A stretch of DNA of 16,067 nucleotides from Oopsacas minuta (GCA_024704765.1 JAKMXF010000129.1:1-16067); one strand, 5' to 3'; positions 1-10,431 are shown, counted from the first letter of the stretch. Numbers and translations: made by a program. Notes: generated from the sequence alone by a model not told the origin.

Positions 1-21
1 AATATCAAAAATGATGTACTG

Positions 22-258
22 TTATATTTGGAGCTCTGATTTTGTGGGTATGGAAGCCAAATTATAGATACGCACTAATACTTCAGTTAATTCTTTCGCT
101 ATATCATCTCTAGTTGATTTAGAATCTTCATTTCTAACCATACTATAATGATTGTATAGATCTAGTTTTATTGGGAGTAGATTTTCTGGGATGGGCCCAG
201 GATAACCAAAAATAGGATGAAATACTACAATACTAAGCGTGTATCTTGTGATATTCAA
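22..258 (-). pseudogene. Possible N-terminal fragment of a DNA-transposase-like protein, continuing off the left edge
   Basis: Translation HPIFGYPGPIPENLLP...IAKELTEVLVRIYNLASIPTKS resembles, from recall only, the PIFG.P..L...LP...(W)..ASIPT N-terminus of an invertebrate transposon-associated protein family (possibly Sola-type). No catalytic motif or terminus is visible in the window. Confidence 0.3.
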
Positions 259-1515
259 AATTACATAAGTTATAGGAATATAATCCCCCTATAATATGAG
301 TGATTTGAGCGAGTTTTATTTAGATACAATAATTGACCATAAATTCCATGCTAGATAAATGGTAACTAAGTTAAGAGCAAGAGATGAGGAAAGTTGGAAA
401 ATTTCTTTGTGGTAATCTATTGATGAATTTGGATCTAGATACAGAATTATACTAAGTTTGGTGAGGATATAGCTATTTTTTGTAAGAATTATGCATTTGC
501 AAATCTTCGGAAAAAGGGGGGTGGATAATATTATTAGGGTGTGATAGAATATGCAAAAGATATCTTGATAACTAGAGTATCCTTGGACATAGAAATTAGC
601 CTAATACACCATTCGAAAGCAAATATATCTAAAGGGGCTAAGTCAAAGGAATTAGAAAATTCGGACAATTTAAAGTCAAGTTTGCGAAAGTGACACAGCA
701 AAAATATAAACCGCAAGGGTCAACTCGAAATATTTTTCTAATTTATGTCTCGCATTTTCCTAGAAAAGAGTAAAGACAACTTTTGCCTTAGGTAGAAGTT
801 GAAGCGACGATGTATACTTTTCTCGATCCGGCCTAATATGTATTGTTGTTTGTATAAATACTGATGTGCGTCGCTAGCTAGCTCGCTATGCACAACTTGT
901 TGACTCAGGTTAGACTAATTATTAAGTAGATACATTATATAGTGTTATTGGTAGCTACACTACAGAATATAATCGGTACTACGTTCCTCAAATTCACAAA
1001 TAGTTCAAATATTGGGATTATATTATCCATTGTTCATCTAAATTACATCCAATGGTTTTCTGTTGTTACACTAGAGATGCTATGTCACTTGAGGTAAGTA
1101 ATCTCGGCAATTCATGCCTGGCGTATAATAAGTTCTGAAATTGTGCGAAATTTGGAAATTTGGATCATTGTATGCAGTGATAATCACGGAATAATTCCAT
1201 GGTGAGTTAGTTTTTGGTCAGAATCATGATGTCTGAACGTGTGGGATATTGAGAGGTTACCTGTAGTTAGAATTTCAAACTTCTATCATGTATTTCGGCT
1301 GAGCAGTGCTAAATATTGTGATTTTTCAAATTCCGATAGATGACAATTAAGTCATAATTTCGTCATAATTCTGTTATAGGTGTCAATTTTCGCACACAAC
1401 TCGAACATGTCCGAGCTAGGCCCAAAATACCCTGTTTAGAAAATCAGCCCTTGTGGTCCTCCAGTTTCTTCATTCAATTCTGGACATACTAACATATATA
1501 TAAATACACGGATAG

Positions 1516-1531
1516 TATATATATATATATA
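1516..1531. repeat. (TA)8 microsatellite
   Basis: TATATATATATATATA read directly. Confidence 0.9.
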
Positions 1532-1596
1532 CACTACCTGGCCACCTAATGGATACTACCAGCACCTTACTTGTATAAGTTATAGATGTTTTAAAC

Positions 1597-1982
1597 CACG
1601 GGTGGGTAAAGTTTTTTCCGCGCGCATTCTACTTACGATCACGTTCCATGTTCAAATGTATTAGAGAATTTCTACTAGGTAATTGTAAAATATACCAATA
1701 CCGAGCATTTAGCTCCTCGAGTCGCGATGAACTCGGCCCCTTATTGCGCCTCGAGGTATTCAACGGACAAACAAACAGGCGAACAATCATTGAGATTGAA
1801 TGAACAAAAATTATACATAATAATCAATTAGTATTGTTTAATGAGAGCAAATTATTGTTTTAGTGAAATTTCCTAAGCGTAAGGAAGAGTTATAAAGTGA
1901 TGAAATAATTAGAGTACTCAAATCACTTAAGCCAAGTGGGCTGGTTCCAAATCCCAAGCGGGCTGTAGTTTGCCCACCCCTG
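1597..1982. mobile_element. Non-autonomous hAT element (Charlie/Buster-like ends), 386 bp
   Basis: Left end CACGGGTGGGTAAA versus reverse complement of right end CAGGGGTGGGCAAA (12/14). 8-bp flanks TTTTAAAC (1589-1596) and GTTTAAAC (1983-1990) match 7/8. Subterminal GCGGGCTG/CCGCG motifs. No ORF. Confidence 0.75.
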
Positions 1983-4302
1983 GTTTAAACAGTATTGAAC
2001 ATAAAACATCATAAACAATGAATGATAGCAAGTTATTATTGTACTTTCTACTAAATTCATATGATATTTAAATGTATTCTCGCCGCGTGGCACTTGTGCT
2101 TTAATTGGTACAGTGTTGCAATACTTTTGGACAAGAAGTGTTGATTAATAATTGTTAACTAATCACAATATACATTGCTGACATTTGGATGATTTATAAT
2201 ATTTATAGATCTAGTTTTACTAAATACGATGATTACTGAAGATATTGAGTGAACTTAACAACAACCCAAGCAACTTAGGTAATGTGTTCATATAGGCGAT
2301 ACTAGTAACTAGGTTGCTTATTAAAGACTCTAGAATAATTTGTTGATGAAGAAATTATCAAGAGGCTAGGTTTAAATCATTTTTTCGATGCGGACTTATC
2401 TGTCAGGGTTTGAGGGCTAGAGGCCCCAAACAATGAAGGCTGGACTCGCCTCTGGAAGTAACATATTGCGGAAACAGTCACATCAACTATACTAGATAGA
2501 TATGATTTATAGATTTTAGTTATAGCTTCAATATGACAAAATGAATTTCCTTAGCAACTCAGGAATGTGACAACATTCCGATCATCTTATTCATAATTTT
2601 TAAATTTACTACATTGATGTACCACAATATGCACCAATCAGACATTACAGACAGCGTTTCCACAGTATTTTGGAATGCACTCAGTTTTGTGATTGTGTGG
2701 GGCCCATGTCGCTTATACAAGTACTAAAGCCTATGCCTAGTTTCCATTTTACCGTAGCTAGATATTCTAAACGCTTTATTCAACGGGGAAAGTGCGTTGA
2801 TTGATGCGCTTAACCCGCTTTAGGAACACTGATTAAGATTTTGGAAACAATGTTTAAATACAATTTAAAACCTTCATATGATGTACTAAAAATAGAACAT
2901 TCGGGAAACACAGGATAACAAATCCAATTTTACCATATATATATTCTATGATACTACGTTTCTATATGTTGATAACACATTCCTAGGTCCCATCACACGT
3001 ATTTTGCAGTTTATCAGGCTTTACAAATATCTACTCTTCAAAAACTGATCTTAACTTTACCATGATTCAGCTACATGTATACCCGTATCTTACTAGGCCA
3101 TAGCTTATCTAAGCTATTTTTTATATGAATGTTTAATCCGCCATATTGGCCATTTTGGCACACTGTGGGATGCATGTGTCGACCGAACTGAAAAGAATAT
3201 GTCGCCTGTTTGTTTAAATCTTCATTTTTGGTAATAATAATTTATCGGGGAACATATTCGTATTCTATAGAGAGTTTGTCATATTTCATTCTTCATTGAA
3301 ATACAATAAATTAGATAAATATAGGTTCATGATTACAAATTATAATCAACAATCAACGGAAATACATGACTCAATATATAAGAGGTAGAAGTAGCGGTAT
3401 ATCAAAATGCCAAGAGGACTTTGAATCTGTCGCTTATTGAAGACACAAAGTGCCGACATTGAGATTCAAGCTCATATATGTATATAATGAGTACATTTCT
3501 TTCAGGAAAATCCGTTCAGAGGATACCCTGTGCATGAAAGTAACAATCCAAGAATCTCGGGTAAAGGAATCACATCATGTTCTTCTGTTAACAGAACATC
3601 CATTATAGTTATCGCCTAAATAGCCTGAAAAAAGGAATACTATGCATATTATTCTGAGTATAAGAACAGTGGAATCTCGTAAATAAATCAGGCTTAATAC
3701 GAATTTCCGGATAAGACGAACAAATATTTAACAATACCTAGTTCTCACAATGATTATTCACTTGGTATCACTCCGGTTCACTATCTGATATATTGAGTCT
3801 AAATCCTTTGGAGAGACACCAATAAAATATATTTATTTTTAGATTGCATATGTATTAGTGAATAAGAAAACAATTTTCTTTAGTGGTTTATCTTTTTCTT
3901 GAGTTATGCCCCTTACTGTCTAGGGGGGGAGAATACTGCATTTGTTTATTTTTAGCTATTTATATGCTAAAACTCTGTCATTGGTCTATTTTTGAGTGCG
4001 ATTAACTGATCCTTACTTTAATATTTAGCGATAACTCTATTGAATGGAATATTGTGCAAATATATTGTGATTCCTCTGATTTTTGTGGACAAGAGTACAA
4101 GTGTTTCATTTCACATAATACATGAGTATAATATGAATATCACGGGTGTAGAGTTCGTTTAATTCACTTTCTATCCCACAACTATTTTAGAATTTTTAGG
4201 ATATTTTGATATCCTCGTGGTATATATTTTCCAAAAGACTCAAGTAATAATGTGTTTCTCGTCAGGATTATCCGCTCTCCACGACCTCAAATATTTTATT
4301 TA

Positions 4303-5636
4303 CAGGAGCATTCAATATATATTAATCACTGTATATCTTTAATGAAATAGCAGTTCTAAGCTAGTATTTCTTAGTGCAATTATATAGAACCATATTTCAA
4401 CTTTCTAACAAAACTTAGAGAGAGTTGATCACTTAATTATTTCCTAAGTTTCAGTTATTTTTAGAAACCTACATTTTCTCCTTTACATTTTTCATGGCTT
4501 CTTGTCCAAATTTTCGGAACTTGAACAACGAACGTACATCAAATTTCGCATCATTCTCGAAATCCCTCCAAAGTCTATTCATGACGAGTTGGCAACGATA
4601 TGTGGAGAAGATACTTTATCGTATTCAACTGTCAGAAGGTGGGTGAGCCTATTTAGGGAAGGTAGGACCTCTGTCCAAGATGCCCCTCGTCCTGGAGCAC
4701 CAAAACTGGCGACCAACAATGACGAATTAAGTGAAGTAAAGGAATATGTCGAGTCTTTTCCGCATTCTTTGGTTGAGGAGGTAGCTAACTATGTTGGCAT
4801 TTCAACGGGAAGTGCACACACAATTCTGAAGGCGGATTTAGAACTGAGGAAGGTCCAAGTGCGATGGGTACCACATTGCTTAACTTTTCCACAAAAGGCC
4901 GCGGGTCTCCAAATGGCTAAGAAAACCTTGAAATTTATGAAGGGAGTGACCTTAGGCGGTTATTAGAGATAGTAGCAGGAGATTAAACATGGATACAATT
5001 CAAACCACCGATCAGAAAGCAAGATGGCAGGGTATGGCTAAAGAAGGGAGAGGTACCCCCAGCTGTTTGTGTGTCTGACTTCCGTACCCCGAAGGTCTTG
5101 TACTGCATATTTTCGATGGCTTAGGAGCTGTAGCCCAAATCCCTGTTCCCAAAGGTTAGACACTCACAGGACAATTTTACGCAGATGTGGTGTTGCCTGA
5201 GCTCGAAAAACATTATCTTAAGCGTCGTCCAAAGACTGGAATTCGTGGTCTCAAAATTTTGCACGATAATGCTAGACCGCATAAATCTTTGGCTGTAAGG
5301 CAAAAAATTAAAGATATGGGTATGCACGAAGTTCTACATCCATCTTACTCCCCTGATATAGCCCCATGTGACTTCTGGTTGTTTAAAAATCTCAAAGATA
5401 ACCTCTCCAGAAGCGAATTTGAGGATCGGCTCAGCCTTGGTCGGGCAATTAACAGATACCTTGATGTCATACCCAAGGATGAGAACAGGAAGACCTTTGA
5501 TAATCGGATTAAAAGGCTAAATTCCGTTATAGCGTATAAAGGAGACTACTTTGAATATTCATAGCAAAAATCACCAACTTTACACAAGTATTTATAGTGT
5601 TAGTATGGTATGATTAGTATTTATTGAATACCCCTG
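4303..5636 (+). mobile_element. Full-length mariner (DD34D) element, 1334 bp, inactive
   Basis: 26-bp TIRs at 4303-4328 and 5611-5636 (22/26 identical). TA on both sides (4301-4302, 5637-5638). Contains a mariner transposase. Confidence 0.95.
4494..5564 (+). pseudogene. Mariner transposase pseudogene (DD34D)
   Basis: HTH region (LSYSTVRRWVSLFREGRTSVQDAPRPGAP), WVPHCL linker, first Asp in IVAGD* (GAT 4981-4983, followed by TAA), HDNARPH...YSPDIAPCD with 34 residues between Asp2 and Asp3, and C-terminal GDYFE. Frameshifts near 4933 and 5110, an in-frame TAG near 5158, and an ATG at 4494 one base out of frame. Confidence 0.95.
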
Positions 5637-5987
5637 TAGTGGCAGGTAAAGGACCGATTTTGCAGGTTCACTGCCCTTACATATGGCATCTTGGTGGCCC
5701 GAAGAGTTGAACCAAAATGTATAACACCATGGGGTTCAAGCTATACTATTAGGATTGCTACCAGGTCCCGGCTTCGCTTAAGCACCTTAGGAAGTGAATT
5801 TCTGATTTTCTATGTATTTCATCCATGACAGGGTGTTAGTTAAGTTATGGTGCATAAAGTATATCAATGGTATAGCAACAGTTATTATCGAACCATATTT
5901 TAAACTGTTGCTAAATGTTTGCGTAGGTCATGTTGTTGAAACATTCATTTATATCCAGATTCTCATGCAACTCCAGAATCCCGGCCC

Positions 5988-6301
5988 ATGGCGGCAATTC
6001 GATCAAGATTTATTGAATTATTTATGGCTGGTAAGTCTCAGAAAGAAAGTTTACGCGACCTGAAGGATGAATTAGCCAATCGGAAAAAGGTTTATGGTAT
6101 CATCAACGATATAAGGATACTGGTTCTTTGCTAGACCGCCCAAGAAGTGGACCTCCGACATCAGTTTCCACCCCGCAGCTCAAGAAAAAGACAGCGAGTC
6201 GGATTACTCGTAATCGGTGGCGGTCTATCAGAAAAATGGCTCAGGATTTTTCAATTAGTCACGAATCCGTTAGAAAAGTGCTACGTAATGACCTAGCACT
6301 A
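5988..6301 (+). pseudogene. maT transposase, 5' part (DNA-binding domain)
   Basis: ATG 5988 gives MAAIRSRFIELFMAGKSQKE...; after a frameshift near 6095 it reads RYKDTGSLLDRPRSGPP...RSIRKMAQDFSISHESVRKVLRNDLAL, ending at the insertion TA. Confidence 0.9.
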
Positions 6302-7641
6302 CAGGGTGTCGCAAAATTATTGCGGTGTTGTATTAGATCAACTATAATGAAATAAGAACAGTGTAATCGGATACAGCTTCAATATACTAGTGCGAATTTT
6401 ATAAGCCAACCTTAGTAATTATTAATGTGCATTATACCATAGATGGTTGTAGTTATTTTTGGAATTTTGTGTTTAGCTTAGAGTATGGCGAATTATTAGC
6501 AGATGAATGTGCGTTTGGAGAAAGTTGAAGTCCGTAACAGGGCCATTGGAATGCTGCTTAGTGGAAAAACACAAAAGACCGTTGCCTCTCTCTTGGAAAA
6601 ACGTTTCAACCATACAAAGATGGTGGTACAAACATAAAGCACATAAAAGCCTACAACATAAGAGGGGTGCTGGACGTCCGAAAAAGTTATCCAGAGTCTC
6701 AAAGATTGTTATCGCGAAATCATTGGGCAAGAGACACAGTCGACAAGATCTATGGCTAAGAAACTTACAAACATGGGAAATACTGTTTCAAATGACACTG
6801 TACACCGGTATTTGTTCAAGGATTTAAAAGTTCACCCTTATAAAAGACCAAAAACCCCTTACTAACAGAATTTCATAAGAAAAACAGACTAAGCTTCTGT
6901 ATGGATAAGGTGAATTGGACAGTGGATGATTGGAAACGTGTACTCTGGTCAGACGAATCTCCCTATGAGTTATTTCACCCATCGAATCCACAGAACGATC
7001 GAATATGGGCAAGAGACGGTACACAAGTAACTCCCCGCCAAACTGTTAAATTTCCCGCAAAAGTGATGGTTTGGGGTATGGTGAGCTATCAAGCGCTTTC
7101 TACACTCCATATATTGCCTCAAAAAGAGACAATTAATGCGAAATATTATGTAGACGAGATTCTAGAAGGGCCATGTATTCAAGCGTTGCGTAGAACAGAT
7201 GAAAATGGAGGGATCTTAGAAAGGAAAATGATACCAGACATGTCCAAAGCGATATTTATGTAGGATGGAGCTCCGGCTCATACAGCTAGAAAGACTCAAG
7301 ACTGGTGCAGACAGAACTTACCTGGGTTCTGGGAGAAACAGAAGTAACCAAGTAACTCTCAGGATCACAACCCAAATGAGAATATTTCGTCAATCGTTCA
7401 AGATAAGATTGATAAGATGAAGCCTGCTATCAACGTTAATGATTTGGAAAAGATGCTAAAAATGCTTGGTCATCAATCGACCCTGATAATTTATAAAGAT
7501 TGTACTTAGGGATGCCAATGCGCGTTCAGAAATGTATAGAATTGTCAGGGGAATATATTGGCAAATAGAACTTTATCAAAGTGTATTAATTCTAAAGTTA
7601 TTTAGTATTTTACAACACCGCAATAATTTTGAGACACCCTG
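6302..7641 (+). mobile_element. DD37E Tc1-related element, 1340 bp, nested in the maT element
   Basis: 31-bp TIRs at 6302-6332 and 7611-7641 (30/31 identical: CAGGGTGTC[G/T]CAAAATTATTGCGGTGTTGTA). TA duplication at 6300-6301 and 7642-7643. Confidence 0.95.
6503..7568 (+). pseudogene. DD37E transposase pseudogene
   Basis: MNVRLEKVEVRNRAIGMLLSGKTQKTVASLL...STIQRW, GAGRPKKL, VLWSDES (Asp 6952), and FM*DGAPAH (Asp 7264) to HNPNE (Glu 7378) with 37 intervening codons; C-terminus GEYIGK*. Four frameshifts and stops at 7261, 7345 and about 7493. Confidence 0.92.
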
Positions 7642-7643
7642 TA

Positions 7644-8356
7644 AAGTCTTTAAAACGGCAACCAGTACACTATCTAACTCCAGCTCTAAGGCAGAAAAGA
7701 TTTCAAAGATCGTAAAAACTTCTAGCCCGCCTCGCAGTGGGTGCTGAGAATAACATACTATTTTCAGACGAGAAAATTTTTACAGTTGAGGAGGCACATA
7801 ACTCCCAAAATGATCGTATCCTCGCTCCATCATCTAAAAGCATCAATGATGAAGAAAAGTTCGTTGATCGGGTGCAAAAACCCAAATATTTGATGGTATG
7901 GGTCGGTGTGTCTGCCAACTGTCGGACACATCTAATTTTTTCCCCCCAGGGGGTAAAGATTGACTCAAAAACTTACAGAGAACTAGTCTTGGAGTCAGAA
8001 GTGAAACATGCCGGATTAAACTTATTCACAAACGAGGACTGGATCTTCCACAGGATTCTGCCCCTGTCCACGCCTCAAAAGGCACTCAATCGTAGTTACG
8101 TGCTGAAAATATTGAATCTATTTCATAGGAAGAGTGGCCACCCTCAAGTCCAGATCTTAACCCACTTGACTATTCTATATGGGGGAAACTACAAACACGG
8201 GCCTGTGCAAAGCCTCATAAGAGTTTAAAATCTCTACGCAACGCCCTCATTCGGGAATGGCAAAAAATGCCTCAAGAGGAGCTGCGAGATTCTATACACC
8301 AGTTTAAGGGACGACTTAGGGCAGTAGTTAAGAAGAAAAGTGGCTATATAGAATAA
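7644..8356 (+). pseudogene. maT transposase, 3' part (DD37D catalytic domain)
   Basis: KSLKRQPVHYLT..., ILFSDEKIFTVEE, NSQNDRI, MVWVGVS; after a frameshift near 8050 it reads QDSAPVH...WPPSSPDLNPLD with 37 residues between Asp2 and Asp3; ends SGYIE* at 8354-8356. In-frame TAA at 7713 and two TAGs in the catalytic segment. Confidence 0.92.
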
Positions 8357-9193
8357 TCAATGCTGTTAATTTATCATGACTAATGTGTAAGTAGATTTCG
8401 AAATTATTAGATTAATCGCTCAACTACTTTGGAAGTTATGCCCATTTTACTATGTACCAGAACTTAATTGACACCCTGTAGGATGATTATATGTCATTCA
8501 GCAAATTAAATTGTATTATGTGACTCATTTGTAGAATTAAGGAATGAGAAATTCATAAGTAATTCCAAATGACTAAAAGAATTTTTCAACGTGTTGAAAT
8601 GAAGAAGAGATATACAAGGCATTAATGGATGCCTTTTCTGTTTTTAGCATAGTACCATGTGTCTTAAGAAAGTCACCACTTTGGGCCAGGCTATTTTGAA
8701 GCTCACAAATAATATGTGGTAGCCTAAGAATAAGAACTTCTGGACAATTGTGCAATTTGATATGTGACTTACCATGGCTGTTTTCTGGAAATTGTTGGCT
8801 GCCACCTCGTGCAGACGCTATACAATAATCAATTGACTTAGATTCTTTCTTTGGTTTATCGGAAGAAAGTATAAAAGCGATCTCATCTAGCAGCAATATT
8901 TCCACCACTATGCTATTGTATGGAGGTACGGACCTTTCAATTTATGCTAACAAGTATGCATCAACTCAAATACAGTTGTTATAATGGTCGCAAGGGTTTA
9001 TCTAGTCCTTGGCGGGCACCTAAAAGTGCCGATCCAGAAAGCATAGATATGCCCTTGCTGTTGCGAATAAATATCAGAGTATGTGAATTAAGAAACCAAA
9101 TTGAATATGTTTTAGAAATACGTAGAAAAAACGGTAAATGGCTTTCAAATCCTGGAATTTTGTAGTTTTAATCAAAATTTCTATTCTCTTCAG

Positions 9194-9306
9194 CATTTGA
9201 TAGAAGAGTTAGATTCATTGCTTGTGAGAGGAGTTGATCATTTATTTGAGAGGAGACATCAACCCGATTTTTTTTACTTGTGCAGAACAGTAAACTGTAC
9301 AACTAG
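9194..9306 (+). CDS. Candidate internal exon of an unidentified host gene
   Basis: Strong acceptor (TTCTATTCTCTTCAG ending 9193) and donor (AG|GTAAAT at 9307). Only one frame is open: HLIEELDSLLVRGVDHLFERRHQPDFFYLCRTVNCTT. No recognised homologue. Confidence 0.3.
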
Positions 9307-10158
9307 GTAAATTTGATGGTATTGCACATTCTTAAAATACTTGTGCATTTTTAATGTATTATTATACTGAAGGAGCAATTTGATCGGCCTTCATATTTCT
9401 TTATGGTTCAAATCATTTTAACACTTTCACACCTGGATTAATCATATATGACGCCTTTTGGTCAATTTCAATTTTATGCTGGAGAATTGCTTTCAGCAAT
9501 TACACTGGGGTAATCGGTGATGCTGATTTCGAATTTAGCATTCAAATGCCCTTAGTTTACAAATGTCAGAAGTTAATTACCATTAATATATTTCACAACC
9601 TCAATTTGTTTACAAGTTGTGAATAATCCGCTCACATCTAGAAATATATCTCTATATAGAATGAGATTTATATTATTCTATAAGAACTATCAAAATATGA
9701 GTTTTAACACTGTAAACAGCGTAGCATCTTTGTGGTTGTGTAATCGGTGGCAGTACGATCAAGAATAAGTGAGCTATAACTATACACATACAGTTAACAC
9801 TCGCAAACCTAGCCAGCTTGGGAGAATAACTAAAGTACCCCGGTTTGCGAGAGTCGTCTCGGTTTAGGGTAACCAGATATATATTTTGGTGTTATCATTC
9901 CCCATCCTTGATCACACCCTGTTTGAGTAATCAATATATTTATATATAAGTTTGACTTTTAAACAAGTCTAACTAATTATGTCAGATTGTCCTATTTCGA
10001 GATGATTTCCTATTTTTGTAACACTTAAGAAATATATATCCATAACGTATTATTCTATATACCTAATTAATATACATTACTTTAAAACTATAACTATAGA
10101 TATCACCTTATATTTTCAGACTTTTTCTGTCCGAACTTTGTAGAAAAGACCTTTGAAA

Positions 10159-10431
10159 ATGCAGAATACGCTCTCTGAAAAACATTTGGTATTGAGAAGT
10201 GGGTTACATTGCAATATTGGAGATTTTTGTAGCTATATTTCTGCAAAGGAAAATATAATGATTTGCAAAGAATATCCATGTGCTATTGCTGAGTTATCTA
10301 TTTCACTAACGGAATTACTTTCCACAGATTTAGTGAAGTTCGCGACACATGGAAAACGGTCAACAATTAATGCAAATGATATCAAACTTTTTGTGAGACG
10401 AAATTATGATTTGTTAGAATATGTTACATAG
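10159..10431 (+). CDS. CENPS: CENP-S / MHF1 histone-fold protein, 90 aa, intronless
   Basis: Colinear with recalled human CENP-S: LRSGLHCNIGDFC / LKAAVHYTVGCLC, AIAEL / AISEL, DLVKFATHGKRSTINANDIKLFVRRNYDLLEYVT / DLEMFARHAKRTTINTEDVKLLARRSNSLLKYIT. No frameshift. First ATG at 10159; the ORF track starts at an upstream TTG (10153). Confidence 0.87.
   Translation: MQNTLSEKHLVLRSGLHCNIGDFCSYISAKENIMICKEYPCAIAELSISLTELLSTDLVKFATHGKRSTINANDIKLFVRRNYDLLEYVT

Larger units (their letters stand above)
5829..8478 (+). mobile_element. maT-type (DD37D) Tc1/mariner element, about 1308 bp once the nested insertion is removed
   Basis: 28-bp TIRs at 5829-5856 (CAGGGTGTTAGTTAAGTTATGGTGCATA) and 8451-8478 (24/28 identical). 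TA at 8479-8480; the left flank reads GA, presumably a mutated TA. Confidence 0.9.

Noticed and set aside
1231-1265. pogo/Tigger-like end (reverse complement TA-CAGGTAACCTCTCAATATCCC)
   Set aside because: No partner TIR found in the window, so an element cannot be delimited.
2120-2141. Tc1-like terminal sequence, with a 13-bp inverted match to 4498-4510
   Set aside because: No TA flank and no partner end; 13-bp matches are expected by chance at this window size.
155-2219. 16-mer TATAGATCTAGTTTTA repeated at 155-170 and 2204-2219
   Set aside because: No similarity extends on either side; one such match is plausible by chance in AT-rich 16 kb.
2661-3167. Transib/RSS-like CACAGTG end at 3161-3167 paired with CACAGT at 2661
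   Set aside because: The ends diverge after 6 bp, the 5-bp flanks do not match (GTTTC versus GGATG), and there is no nonamer at 12 or 23 spacing. At best an orphan terminus.
3506-3560. Possible small exon (ENPFRGYPVHESNNPRIS) after a TTTCTTTCAG acceptor
   Set aside because: No phase-consistent neighbouring exon or recognisable homology.
5121-7918. Minus-strand and off-frame ORFs at 5121-5327, 5812-6063, 6473-6730, 6496-6702, 6824-7024, 7532-7747, 7703-7918 (and 15596-15832)
   Set aside because: They are antisense or alternative-frame shadows of transposase sequence, or run across TIRs.
8573-8908. ORF with Walker-B-like ILLLDE, and a possible 45-nt minus-strand exon (RLHEVAANNFQKTAM, 8773-8817)
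   Set aside because: No Walker A or ATPase context; no consistent minus-strand exon chain could be built.
9194-9306. VRGV match suggesting CENP-X next to CENP-S
   Set aside because: Only four residues match; the rest does not align with recalled CENP-X.
9418-9720. TTAACACT motifs at about 9418 and 9703 as piggyBac-like ends
   Set aside because: They are in the same orientation, with no inverted partner.
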